A stretch of 64,000 nt of DNA, taken from assembly GCA_951406725.2 (NCBI GenBank), contig OX597821.1, positions 14,322,001-14,386,000 of the forward strand. The letters run 5' to 3'. The notes beneath the pieces were generated by a model that worked only from the letters and a program-made list of their open reading frames with translations, made no database searches and was not told the origin of the DNA. Position 1 is the stretch's first letter. Each line of letters begins with the position of its first letter. Shown here piece by piece: positions 25,249 to 35,536 of the stretch. A program made the translations under genes and the position numbers. This DNA is from Octopus vulgaris (lineage: Eukaryota).

Positions 25249-25881
25249 CCTATTGCTAGGAATTTTCCAAACAATTCTAGATATTACTCTATAATCAATT
25301 CACATAAGGTTAGGATAGGTTTTTCAAACACAAAAAATCTCTTGCAAATTATATCTTCTCATAATTACAAACTGTTAAATATTAATACATTTACTAATAC
25401 TAACATTAATTTAGCTAATACCATTCAACCCTCTAGAAATATTAATAACAAGGTTATTGTATCTGAAGTCAATTCCAATAGAATTAAATTTATGTCAAGT
25501 AACTCTAAGATTAAAAATTCTATATACCAGTGTATAATCAGTACTCGTAATAAAGTACGATTTTACATTGGAAGCACATCGTTAGAGTTATCTAAAAGAA
25601 TTTCTATCCATTACTCAACATTTAGGGATAGAAATAAACGGAATAGTACCGGTCTCAGCAAACTGATTTGGGATTTAAAAGACCACAATGAACAATTTCA
25701 TTTAGAATGGTTGATTCTCTCAATTTCGATACCGTATGACAAAGGCAAGAAATTCTGTCTTCTCTGCAATTCTGAGCTATTTTTCATTATTTTTTCTAAA
25801 AATACTCTAGTAAACATGGTTATAGAGCGAGCATACAGATGTAAGCATTGGCAAAAACATACATTTAGTGCATATAAGTAG
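25249..25881 (+). CDS. PLE polyprotein C-terminus (end of RT thumb, linker, GIY-YIG endonuclease; Neptune-like), 5'-truncated with no true start
   Basis: Uninterrupted frame IARNFPNNSRYYSIINSHKVRIGFSNTKNLLQIISSHNYKLL ... NSIYQC..FYIGST..KRISIH..STGLSKLIWDLK..CLLCNSE..LVN..RCKH; the GIY-YIG Y, YIG, R, E and N residues are present. Confidence 0.85.
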   Translation, partial: PIARNFPNNSRYYSIINSHKVRIGFSNTKNLLQIISSHNYKLLNINTFTNTNINLANTIQPSRNINNKVIVSEVNSNRIKFMSSNSKIKNSIYQCIISTRNKVRFYIGSTSLELSKRISIHYSTFRDRNKRNSTGLSKLIWDLKDHNEQFHLEWLILSISIPYDKGKKFCLLCNSELFFIIFSKNTLVNMVIERAYRCKHWQKHTFSAYK

Positions 25882-26082
25882 TCTCTATCATTATATATAA
25901 TTTAAACTTTAATTTCCTTTATATTTAACATTCACTATTAATATCTGTACTGTTTCTGTTAGCTACTTATGGCGTTATATCATGTAACGTTTTTTTAAAC
26001 AATATTAATAGCGTTCTATCTATCGCTATACAAATCCATCATTTTTTGCTAAAATGTCTTATTGACGAGTTTCGTTTTCTTC

Positions 26083-26168
26083 ACTTTCCTGAGGAGAAGA
26101 TTGCATTGTTTATACCATTTATTCTTTTGAATTGTATCAGTGGAATTTTCGAAACATGTGTCGAAAGT
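26083..26168 (+). ncRNA. Type I hammerhead ribozyme (PLE-associated)
   Basis: Stem I ACTTTC / GAAAGT; core CTGAGGA (26089-26095); stem II GAAGATT.CATTG / CAGTG.AATTTTC; GAAA (26151-26154); minimal stem III C-ATGT-G; GUC cleavage triplet ending at 26162. Confidence 0.8.
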
Positions 26169-26243
26169 AAAAATATTTGATTACACCTGCGTTAACTCCA
26201 TTTTTTTTTATTCATTTGTATATATATATATATATATATATGT

Positions 26244-26550
26244 GGAGGTGCAATGGCCCAGTGGTTAGGGCAGCGGATTTGTGGTCATAGGATCGCGGTT
26301 TTGATTCCCAGACTGGGCATTGTGAGTGTTTATTGAGTGAAAACACCTAAAATCTCCACGAGGCTCCAGCAGGGGTAGGTGGCGATCCCTACTGTACTCT
26401 TTCGCCACAATTTTCTATCACTCTTTCTTCTGTTGACCTGCTCACTTAGCCAGTGGGGTGGCATCATTTGGAGGCAAAAACAATGCGAAGCGCATTGCAA
26501 CCAGCGATGTGTAGCAACATCTGATAGCCTGGTCAGTCACGGTGAGCACA

Positions 26551-26552
<2 letters not shown>
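26244..26552 (+). mobile_element. SINE, family C head with an alternative 3' half
   Basis: Matches 46403-46785 up to ~26430, then a different tail. Confidence 0.8.
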
Positions 26553-26582
<30 letters not shown>

Positions 26583-26905
26583 CTGATAGATGCAGGGAAT
26601 AGAGAAGGTAAACCTGTACTACATATGTCTCTGAAAAATGGTGAATGTGTTATGTAACTTAAATATGTAACATAAATTCTGTTTGAATTTTCTTTAGAGA
26701 CTTTTAAGTGTATAACATACGTTAATTAATAAACTTTTTGATCAAGCATTAACTGCTTTATGCCATCCATACAAGCCATGCATATGCTTGAAGTTAACAA
26801 GTTGCCTATATTCACACCTATCTCTCTTTCTTCCTTTCATTCTCTCTTTTCTTCCCTACATATCTTTATATGTATGGATGCATGTTTGTATGTGTATATA
26901 TATAT

Positions 26906-27134
26906 AATTGATCAAAGGACATACTAAGCATGTCAATGTGCTGGAAATAACAGTCAAAACTCTTAGATTAAATCGCCAAACTACACTGATAATAACTAGA
27001 GAAATCAACCATCCAAAGGCAAACGGTTGATACGGTTGATTTCTGTAGTTAATATCAGTGTGTTTTGGTGGTTTAAATAAAAGTTTTGACTGTTATTTCC
27101 AGCAGGTAGAGATACTAAGTGTCTTTGATTAATT
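26906..27134. repeat. Imperfect fold-back palindrome (~100-bp arms) with a right-hand tail
   Basis: TGCTGGAAATAACAGTCAAAACT..GAAATCAACC versus GGTTGATTTC..AGTTTTGACTGTTATTTCCAGCA. Confidence 0.85.
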
Positions 27135-27265
27135 TTAATCCTTCAGCTATTTAATGTTTTTTGGGGACCTGCAATTGCTTATATTATTGATTCTGTTAAT
27201 ATCATTTTTAAATTGTTACATATCTTTTATTAAACTTTTAATACTTTTTATATATATTAAAAAAA

Positions 27266-27296
<31 letters not shown>

Positions 27297-27499
27297 ATTA
27301 ATTAATTAATAAATAAAATAATATATAAATATAAAAATATACATACATACATATATATATTTGTATATATATATAAAATTTATAAGTTTAAGTTATTTAA
27401 ATAATTTTTTATTTTTAACTTTTATATTTTTAAATTAATTTTATGTATTGGCTTATGTTTTTCACTGTTTGATTTGCCTAATAGTGGTTTTATCTCTAA

Positions 27500-27530
<31 letters not shown>

Positions 27531-27619
27531 CGAGAAAGAAGCAACAAGAATGGATTGATTTTTAGTACAATTGTTTCATACAAAGACAGGCTTTATTACA
27601 AGTTGCAAAAATTGCAGCA

Positions 27620-27668
<49 letters not shown>

Positions 27669-27782
27669 ATAAAAATGGTAAATAATTTTCCTGTGGTTTT
27701 TCATGTAACCAACAATTATTTACCGGTAAATTTCGGTATGCAAATACGACAAATTAATTATCAGGACCTTTGTAAGGTTCAG

Positions 27783-28073
27783 TATATAGTAAAGAGAAAA
27801 ATAAGATGGCTAGCAGCAGGCTGTTTCACCTCATACCGAAGGAATTAGAAATGGCAGTCAAAGACCGTTTTTCCAATTTCTATAAGTGGAGAATCCAAAA
27901 ACGAAGGCCCATACGGCTCACATACACTCCGGTTTTGTGTATGTGAGCCGTATGGGCCTTCGTTTTTGGATTCTCCACTTATAGAAATTGGAAAAACGGT
28001 CTTTGACTGCCATTTCTAATTCCTTCGGTATGAGGTGAAACAGCCTGCTGCTAGCCATCTTATATTTTCTCTT

Positions 28074-28082
<9 letters not shown>
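27783..28082. repeat. Near-perfect palindrome, 145/146-bp arms, 9-nt loop
   Basis: 27783-27927 is the reverse complement of 27937-28082 with one indel; followed by (TA)n. Confidence 0.97.
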
Positions 28083-28115
<33 letters not shown>

Positions 28116-28247
28116 CTCATTTCATTCAGTGCCTGTTTTCTATTCTAGTATGGTAGTTTAGGCAGAAGAAAATTGAGGCAGAATTTTTATGGCTGGATGC
28201 ATTTCAAGTCAACAACCTAATGGTGTTTTGGTCAAGGGTCTCTTTTA

Positions 28248-29433
28248 TTGTGTCTGGGGAGAGTCATCATACCAATATCATTAACATAGGCACTGGTTCC
28301 ATTCCACTCTTTTACTATTAGTCATTTGTTTAAATATCCAACTAACTATTTAATTGTTGGTTTAATTTGATTAAACAGTAAGTCATTTGTTTTGATTTTG
28401 TTTGTCAAAGTTCTATCATTGCTATATGCAGCCTTTTCGATGACTTTCTTCTTAGACTGTGATGGAGGCTGTATTTTTCTGCCTGAGATTTTGTCTCACG
28501 AGTGTGTGTGCATAGTAGTGCATGCATGTGCTTGTTTATGTATGTATGTATGTATGTATTCATCTATGTATTCATGTGTGTGTGCGTGCGTGTATACATT
28601 TGTGTTTGTGTTTGTGTATGTATGTATGTATGTTTTCATCTATGCATTCATGTGTGTGTGTGTGTGTGCGTGCTTGTGTATGTATGTATGCATTTATGTA
28701 TTCATCTACATATTCATATGTGTGTGTGCGTGCTTGTGTAGGTGTATGTATGTATGTATGTTTGTGTGTGTGCTTCTGCTTCCTTGTGCATGCGTGCTTG
28801 AGTGTGTCTATGCATATGAGTTTGTGTGTGTACGTGCGTGCACCTGTTGTGTATGCATGTGTGCCTATATATGTCTGTGTGTGTATGCATGTGTGTGGAA
28901 GGTGTGTGTATGTATTGTCATGTGTGTCTGTCTCCTTGTGTGTGTATGTGTGCTTTTGTGTGTGTGTGTGTGCATGTGTGTGCTTTTGTGTGTGTCTGTA
29001 CTACCATTTTACCTACCTATGTACCTACCTATCTACCCACCTACCTTACTAATCTACCTGCCCACGTTGTGGCTTGCCTCTCTTCCCACCAATCTACCAA
29101 CCTACATAACTAACTAGCTAACACTCTGTATAACTAACCTAACCACCTAAAACCTATCTACTTACCAATCTAACTACCAACCTGAATGCACTTATGTATG
29201 TACATTGTGTGACTGGTATCTGTGACATTTTGAATACAAGAGTATGTACTCATAAATGAAAGATTGCCCATAGGTGCAGGAGTGGCTGTGTGGTAGGTAG
29301 CTTGCTTACCAACCATATGGTCCTGGGTTCAGTCCCACTGCATGGCGTTTTGGGCAAGTGTCTTCTGCTATAGCCTCAGGCCAACCAAAGCCTTGTGAGT
29401 GGATTTGGCAGACAGAAACTGAAAGAGGCCTGT

Positions 29434-29508
<75 letters not shown>

Positions 29509-30466
29509 GTGTGTTTGTCGGTCAACATTGCTTGACAACCAATTTAGCAGTTTGGCAAAAGAGACCAATAGCATAAGTACTAGGCCTACAAAGAATAAGT
29601 CCTGGGGTCGATTTGCTAGACTGAAGGTGGTGCTCCAGCATGTCTGCAGTCATAAAGAATAAAAATAAAAGATAAAAGAATACTAAATAGGAAGGAAATA
29701 TATGTAAAAGGTAAAGATACCACAATACCGTAGATATCACCCACACAGCATATATACATAGGTACATTCATAAGTAGGCAGTCAAGCAGGTAAATAGGTA
29801 GGTAGTTAGATAGGTTGGAAGATAAGTTTTAGGTGGTTAGGTTAGTTATATAGATTGTTAATTACTTAGTTAATTATGTAGGTAGGTAGATAGGTGGGAA
29901 GATAGGCAAGCAAATAGGTGAGTAGGTGGATAAGTAGGTATGTAGGTAGATAGATATAGGTATGTTGGTAAATAGATAGTACAGACAGATGTGCACATAC
30001 ACACACACATGACCATCCACACACATACACACACAAGTATATATAGGCACACATGCATACACACACAAGCTTATACACACATAGACACACTCAAGCATAC
30101 ATGCACAAGGAAGCAGAAGTACATTCTCAAACACACACACATGAATAAACAGAATACATACATACATACATACATACATACTAAGCATGTGTGCACACTG
30201 GTATACACGCACACAACAAAGTCCCAGGCAGACAAATGCAGCCTTTGTAACTGACTAAGAAAGAAGTCACTGAAAATGTTGCAAGGAGCAATGAAATAGT
30301 ATTGACAAACAAAAACAAAACAAATAAATGAGTTACTGTTTAATCAAATCAAACAAACAATCAATTATTTTGTTGGGTGTTTAACCAATTGACTAATAAT
30401 GAAGGAGTAGAATTGAGCCAGCACATGTGTTAATAACATTGACATAATGACTCTCCCTAGACACAA
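28248..30466. repeat. Large diverged inverted repeat (arms ~28248-29230 and ~29722-30466) with a SINE in the spacer
   Basis: TTGTGTCTGGGGAGAGTCAT / ATGACTCTCCCTAGACACAA termini; mirrored TTTGATTAAACAGTAA, (GT)n/(AC)n and (TACC)n/(GGTA)n blocks. Confidence 0.85.
29271..29680 (+). mobile_element. SINE, family A
   Basis: Match to family A with an internal deletion. Confidence 0.85.
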
Positions 30467-32878
30467 CAAAATTTGTTTCAACACATGAATTCACATAAAG
30501 AATCTTGCAAACTAGTTATAAAAACAAAGCTTTTTTTTTTAATATTCCAGAGTTATTCGAAAGCACAGAGAAGCCAGACAGTTTATTGAAAGAAGATGTC
30601 ATTAAACATGAACCTGTTACAGTCCGACTAGAAATAATCATCATCATCATCATCATCGTTTAATGTCCGCTTTCCATGCTAGCATGGGTTGGACGGTTCA
30701 ACTGGGGTCTGGGAAGCCCGAAGGCTGCACCAGGCCAGTCAGATCTGGCGGTGTTTCTACAGTTGGATGCCCTTCCAGTCCAAAATTATTGCTGAGCTAC
30801 AAATGGTAATGTGTAGCTTTGTAAACATACTCAGAGGTGCAGACAAGCATACATTCCCACATACATATACAAACACCCACACATACATACATACACACAC
30901 ACATACATACAAAAGGCTTGAAAGGCTTCTCTCAGTTTCCATCTAAGAAATTCCTTCAGAAGACATTGGTCAGTTCAGAGCTATAGAACAAGATGCCGAC
31001 CCAAAATGTTGCATGGTAGTCTTGAAGGACTGAACCTGAGGTGATGCACACATAGAAACGTGCACAAGCATAAGTAGGAACACACACACACACACGCACA
31101 TGTAGAACAATTTCAGTTCTCTAATATTTACCATTTAATATTTAATGAAGCTATAAGACTTTCTTTTTGGCCATAAACAAAGAATTTGAACTTTATTTGA
31201 TAAGTTACATTCTTTCATTCTTAGGTTTGTTAAAAAAATAAATTAAGAATTTACAAAATAGCTGAATATTTGAATTATGTAATCAAGGATTTTAATTGAA
31301 TAAAATAATGGAAAATGATGAATCTCAGGGACAATGCTATGAATTGGGTAAACTACATAATCACCCAGGCTGCTAAAATTGGAGTCTCATGAATTTCTCA
31401 ATCCACTAAAAAATATGAAAATTTAGAAATGATGCATTGTTTCTTCACTGGTAAAATGTATCATATTCATAAATTCATTTTTCAGTAATACACTGAAAAA
31501 TAGGCACAAAATTTCTATTGAAATTTCTATTGAAATTTTGTGCCTGTTAAAAGGAGAATGTAAATAAGTAAAACAACAATCTATTATGCTTACAAAATTT
31601 AACATACAATGAAGAAAACTGGACGGAGATGAGGTTAAAAAGTTGAATGTATCATGTATGTTCACATATTGTGTACTTAATATCAGTTCCTATAATATTG
31701 CTAGAACTTTTTTTTAATCAGTCTCAGAGGGTGAAAAGTAAAGAATATTTTCAGCAAAATTTGAAGTCTGAAAGACCATAATCTGGCATTCCTGCAACTA
31801 TACCTTGTTTCTCTATATTACTTGCAGCATGACAGATTTTTGAAAAATACACTAGAAACCATTTCAATAACAAATTATCAATATGCAAAAAAAAAAAAAA
31901 ACCCATCCATCCCAACAATAAAAAACTGAATTATCAAAGAAATAGAAAAGAAGTTTTATAATATGTATTTTGGAAGAAATAAATTCGAAGGTATACAAAA
32001 GAATTTTTGTTTCAATTTTATCTCAATGCTGAAGATTATAATATACTGAAGATTTTTGAAGGATGGAATACATCAGAAGTTAGCATGGGAAATAGTTAAG
32101 GGTAATATCAGGAAATGTAGATCAGTATTTTAAATACAGAACAATGGGAACAGAAATGACAAATGAAAACTGCTGGTCAGATTTGTATGCAGATTACTTA
32201 GAGATAATAACAGAAAGAGAAGAGAAACAAACAGATTTGTTAAGAATAATTAATAATATTGTTATAAAACACCTTACAAAACTACTTTTTCTAGAGGATG
32301 ATTTTGATGTAAAGAAAAATTAAACTTTTTTGTAAAGAATTATTGAAAGGAAAGTAGAATGGTGTGATTGGTGGATTGAAAGTTGTGAAAGAAAAGGAAA
32401 GGAAAGTTCTGAATATAGAGAAATAGAGATGTACTCAAATACCACAGTAATTATCAAAGCAAAATTAAAAATACATTATTCTAATGATCTGAAAAGGCAG
32501 ATTTCATTAACCAAGAATATTTGTTAGGAGAACAAAATATAAATAGTATCTGTTAAGGAATATATTGAAGATAAATCTTTGATTTGAATACAAATTGATT
32601 TTAAAATATTAAATGTAAAAGTAGCAAAATTCTTATTGCATAAAATTAACCATATGCTATATTTATTCAACTACTATATTACTTAAATATATCAAGCAAA
32701 AGGAAATATTATAAACATTTAGAAACTGTGAAATATAATATAAAGCTGCATTCAATGCAAAAGTTTCTGTAACTAAAAAGAAACCCCAAAAATGTCATAG
32801 GAAACAAAGAGGTTTAATAATTTCATCTTAAGAAAACCAGTTCATGAAGAATAGCTGTCTGAGAGTGATAGCCATGTA

Positions 32879-32914
<36 letters not shown>

Positions 32915-33040
32915 ATGTTTGTATGTGCGTGCGTGTTTGTGTCTGTGCATGTGTGTGTATATACATATTTGCATATATATATGTGTGTGTGTATATGCAT
33001 ATTTGCATATATATGTGTGTGTGTATGCATGTGTATGTAA

Positions 33041-33161
<121 letters not shown>

Positions 33162-33397
33162 CAGATATCTAAGCTTGTATGATTGTGTATAGGAGAATAT
33201 ATATCAATCAAGGAAATTCCAACCTAGCCTGATTTTCACAATTTCATAATGTTGAAATAAACTAGTAGTTTCATGCATTATACAATCATCAGGTTTATAC
33301 TGTGACAGTCATGTTCCACAATTGACATGTATATGCTTGAATGTATATATGTTTATATATATGTATGGAGCAGGATATTTATATTAAAAACAACTTT

Positions 33398-33735
33398 TCT
33401 TTTATTCTTTTATTTGTTTCAGTCATTTGACTGTGGCCATGCTAGAACATCACTTCAAATCGACCCCAGGACTTATTCTTTGTAAGCTTAGTACTTATTC
33501 TATTGGTCCCTTTTGCTGAATCACTAAGTTACGGGGACCAGGGATGTAAACACACCAACATTGTTTGTCAAGCAATGATGGAGACGGGCTTCTTTCAGTT
33601 TCCATCTACCAAATCCACTTTGGTCGACCCGAAGCTATAATAGAAGAAACTTGCCCAAGGTGCCATGCAGTGAGACTGAACCTGGAACCATATGGTTGGG
33701 AAGTAAGCTTCTTACCACACAACCACTCCTGCATC
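33398..33735 (-). mobile_element. SINE, family A (diverged)
   Basis: Head and tail present, central microsatellite missing. Confidence 0.8.
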
Positions 33736-34174
33736 TAAAACATAACTATTTGTTTTGTTTTACATTCACTGTTCTATGTTAGCATAAGTTGGATTAACAC
33801 TTATTTGAGGCAATATTTCTACAGCAAAATGTGTTTTTCTGCTGAGAACCAATTTTCTTTTGCTATACAAGTAAGTAAAGGATTTTTTTTATTCCACTAC
33901 AATGAGAGCTCAGAACTAAGGGACATAATATTTACAAAGAATGTAAACACAACAGCATTTTTTTTTCACTCAGATAATCTGCAGCAAGAAGCAGAAATGA
34001 CAATGTTCATACATACACATACAGACATGTATGCACATTCACACACACACACACTGATATATATATATATGTGTGTATATATATATATATATGTAATAAA
34101 ATATTAGGGAATAAATCCAAACTTACAGGGAAAAAATCAGATTTAGGATTGAATCCAATTTTATAGTAAAATAT

Positions 34175-34403
34175 TATATTATATTAAATTAGAGATAAAA
34201 CCACTATTAGGCAAATCAAACAATGAAAAACTTAAGCCAATACATAAAATTAACTAATTTATATTATTTTAAATATATATCAAAAGTATTAAAAGTTTAA
34301 TAAAAGATAATTATCTTTTATTAAACTTTTAATACTTTTGATATATATTTAAAATAATATAATTTGCCTAATAGTGGTTTTATCTATAATTTAATATAAT
34401 ATA
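34175..34403. repeat. Fold-back containing a perfect 104-bp spacerless palindrome (34259-34362)
   Basis: Checked base by base around the centre 34310/34311; outer arms 34175-34215 / 34362-34403. Confidence 0.95.
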
Positions 34404-34413
34404 TATATATATT

Positions 34414-34636
34414 TATTTATTGCCCACAAAGGGCTAAACATAGAGGGGACTAACAAGAACAGACAAAGGGATGAAGTCAATTACATTGACCCCAGTGTGT
34501 AACTGGTAATTATTTAATCGACTCTGAAAGGATGAAAGGTGAAATCGACCCCAGCAGAATTTGAACTCAGAACATAACAGCAGACGAAATACTGCTAAAT
34601 ATTTCGCCCAGCGCGCTAACAATTCTGCCAGCTCAC
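34414..34636 (-). mobile_element. SINE, family B
   Basis: Reverse complement of 2761-2990. Confidence 0.85.
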
Positions 34637-34662
34637 TACCCTATATATATATACATATATAT

Positions 34663-34702
<40 letters not shown>

Positions 34703-35052
34703 CTTCCTTATTGTTTTTGTAGATATAAGGCAGGTGTTGAAACATGGTTTTAAGTTCAGTTCCGGCTGCACAGTGGGAATGAATCTGAGATCACATGGTT
34801 GTGAAGCAAAGTTCTTAGCCACACAAACATGCTTGCCTTGTGCATATTTAAGGAAAATATCATTAAAAAATATCTTTGGTATCTCTTCAAATTGAACTGA
34901 TTGTTCATAATATTTATTTTGAGATATTTAAGGAAAAATACCTAAAAATATCTTATCAACCATCAGTTAAAGTCAAAGGAATATAAAAGCATACAAGATG
35001 TATTTATGCTTATAAGCAGTGAAATTTTGTAAAACTAAAGAATAAATTATGT

Positions 35053-35167
<115 letters not shown>

Positions 35168-35254
35168 TCCTGAAACTACTGGCCTTGTGCCAAAATTTGA
35201 AACATCATCATCATTATTATTATTATTATTATTATTGTTTTTATTATTATTATA

Positions 35255-35473
35255 AAAGCACCATCCGATCGTGGCTGTTTGCCAGCCTCGTCTGGCACCT
35301 GTGCCGGTGGCATGTAAAAAGCACCCACTACACTCACCGAGTGGTTGGCGTTAGGAAAGGCATCCAGCTGTAGAAACACTGCCAGATCAGACTGGGCCTG
35401 GTGCAGCCTTCTGGCTTCCCAGACCCCAGTTGAACTGTCCAACCCATGCTAGCATGGAAAGCGGACGTTAAAC

Positions 35474-35505
<32 letters not shown>
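35255..35505 (+). mobile_element. Retroposon family E with (GAT)n tail
   Basis: Match to 12900-13255. Shorter minus-strand copies at ~30638-30775, 41038-41170, 47165-47314 and 49383-49640. Confidence 0.85.

Positions 35506-35536
<31 letters not shown>

Larger units (their letters stand above)
25061..26214 (+). mobile_element. 5'-truncated Penelope-like retroelement with an inverted terminal segment
   Basis: GIY-YIG frame, downstream hammerhead motif, 41/43-bp inverted repeat 25208-25248 / 26172-26214, (TA)n on both sides. The left boundary is approximate. Confidence 0.85.

Noticed and set aside
28392-29117. 241-aa Cys/Val-rich ORF
   Set aside because: Degenerate (GT)n sequence inside the inverted-repeat arm; open in several frames.
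31970-32500. Purine-rich stretch resembling a decayed LINE (also 61400-62400)
   Set aside because: No diagnostic motif could be read in any frame.
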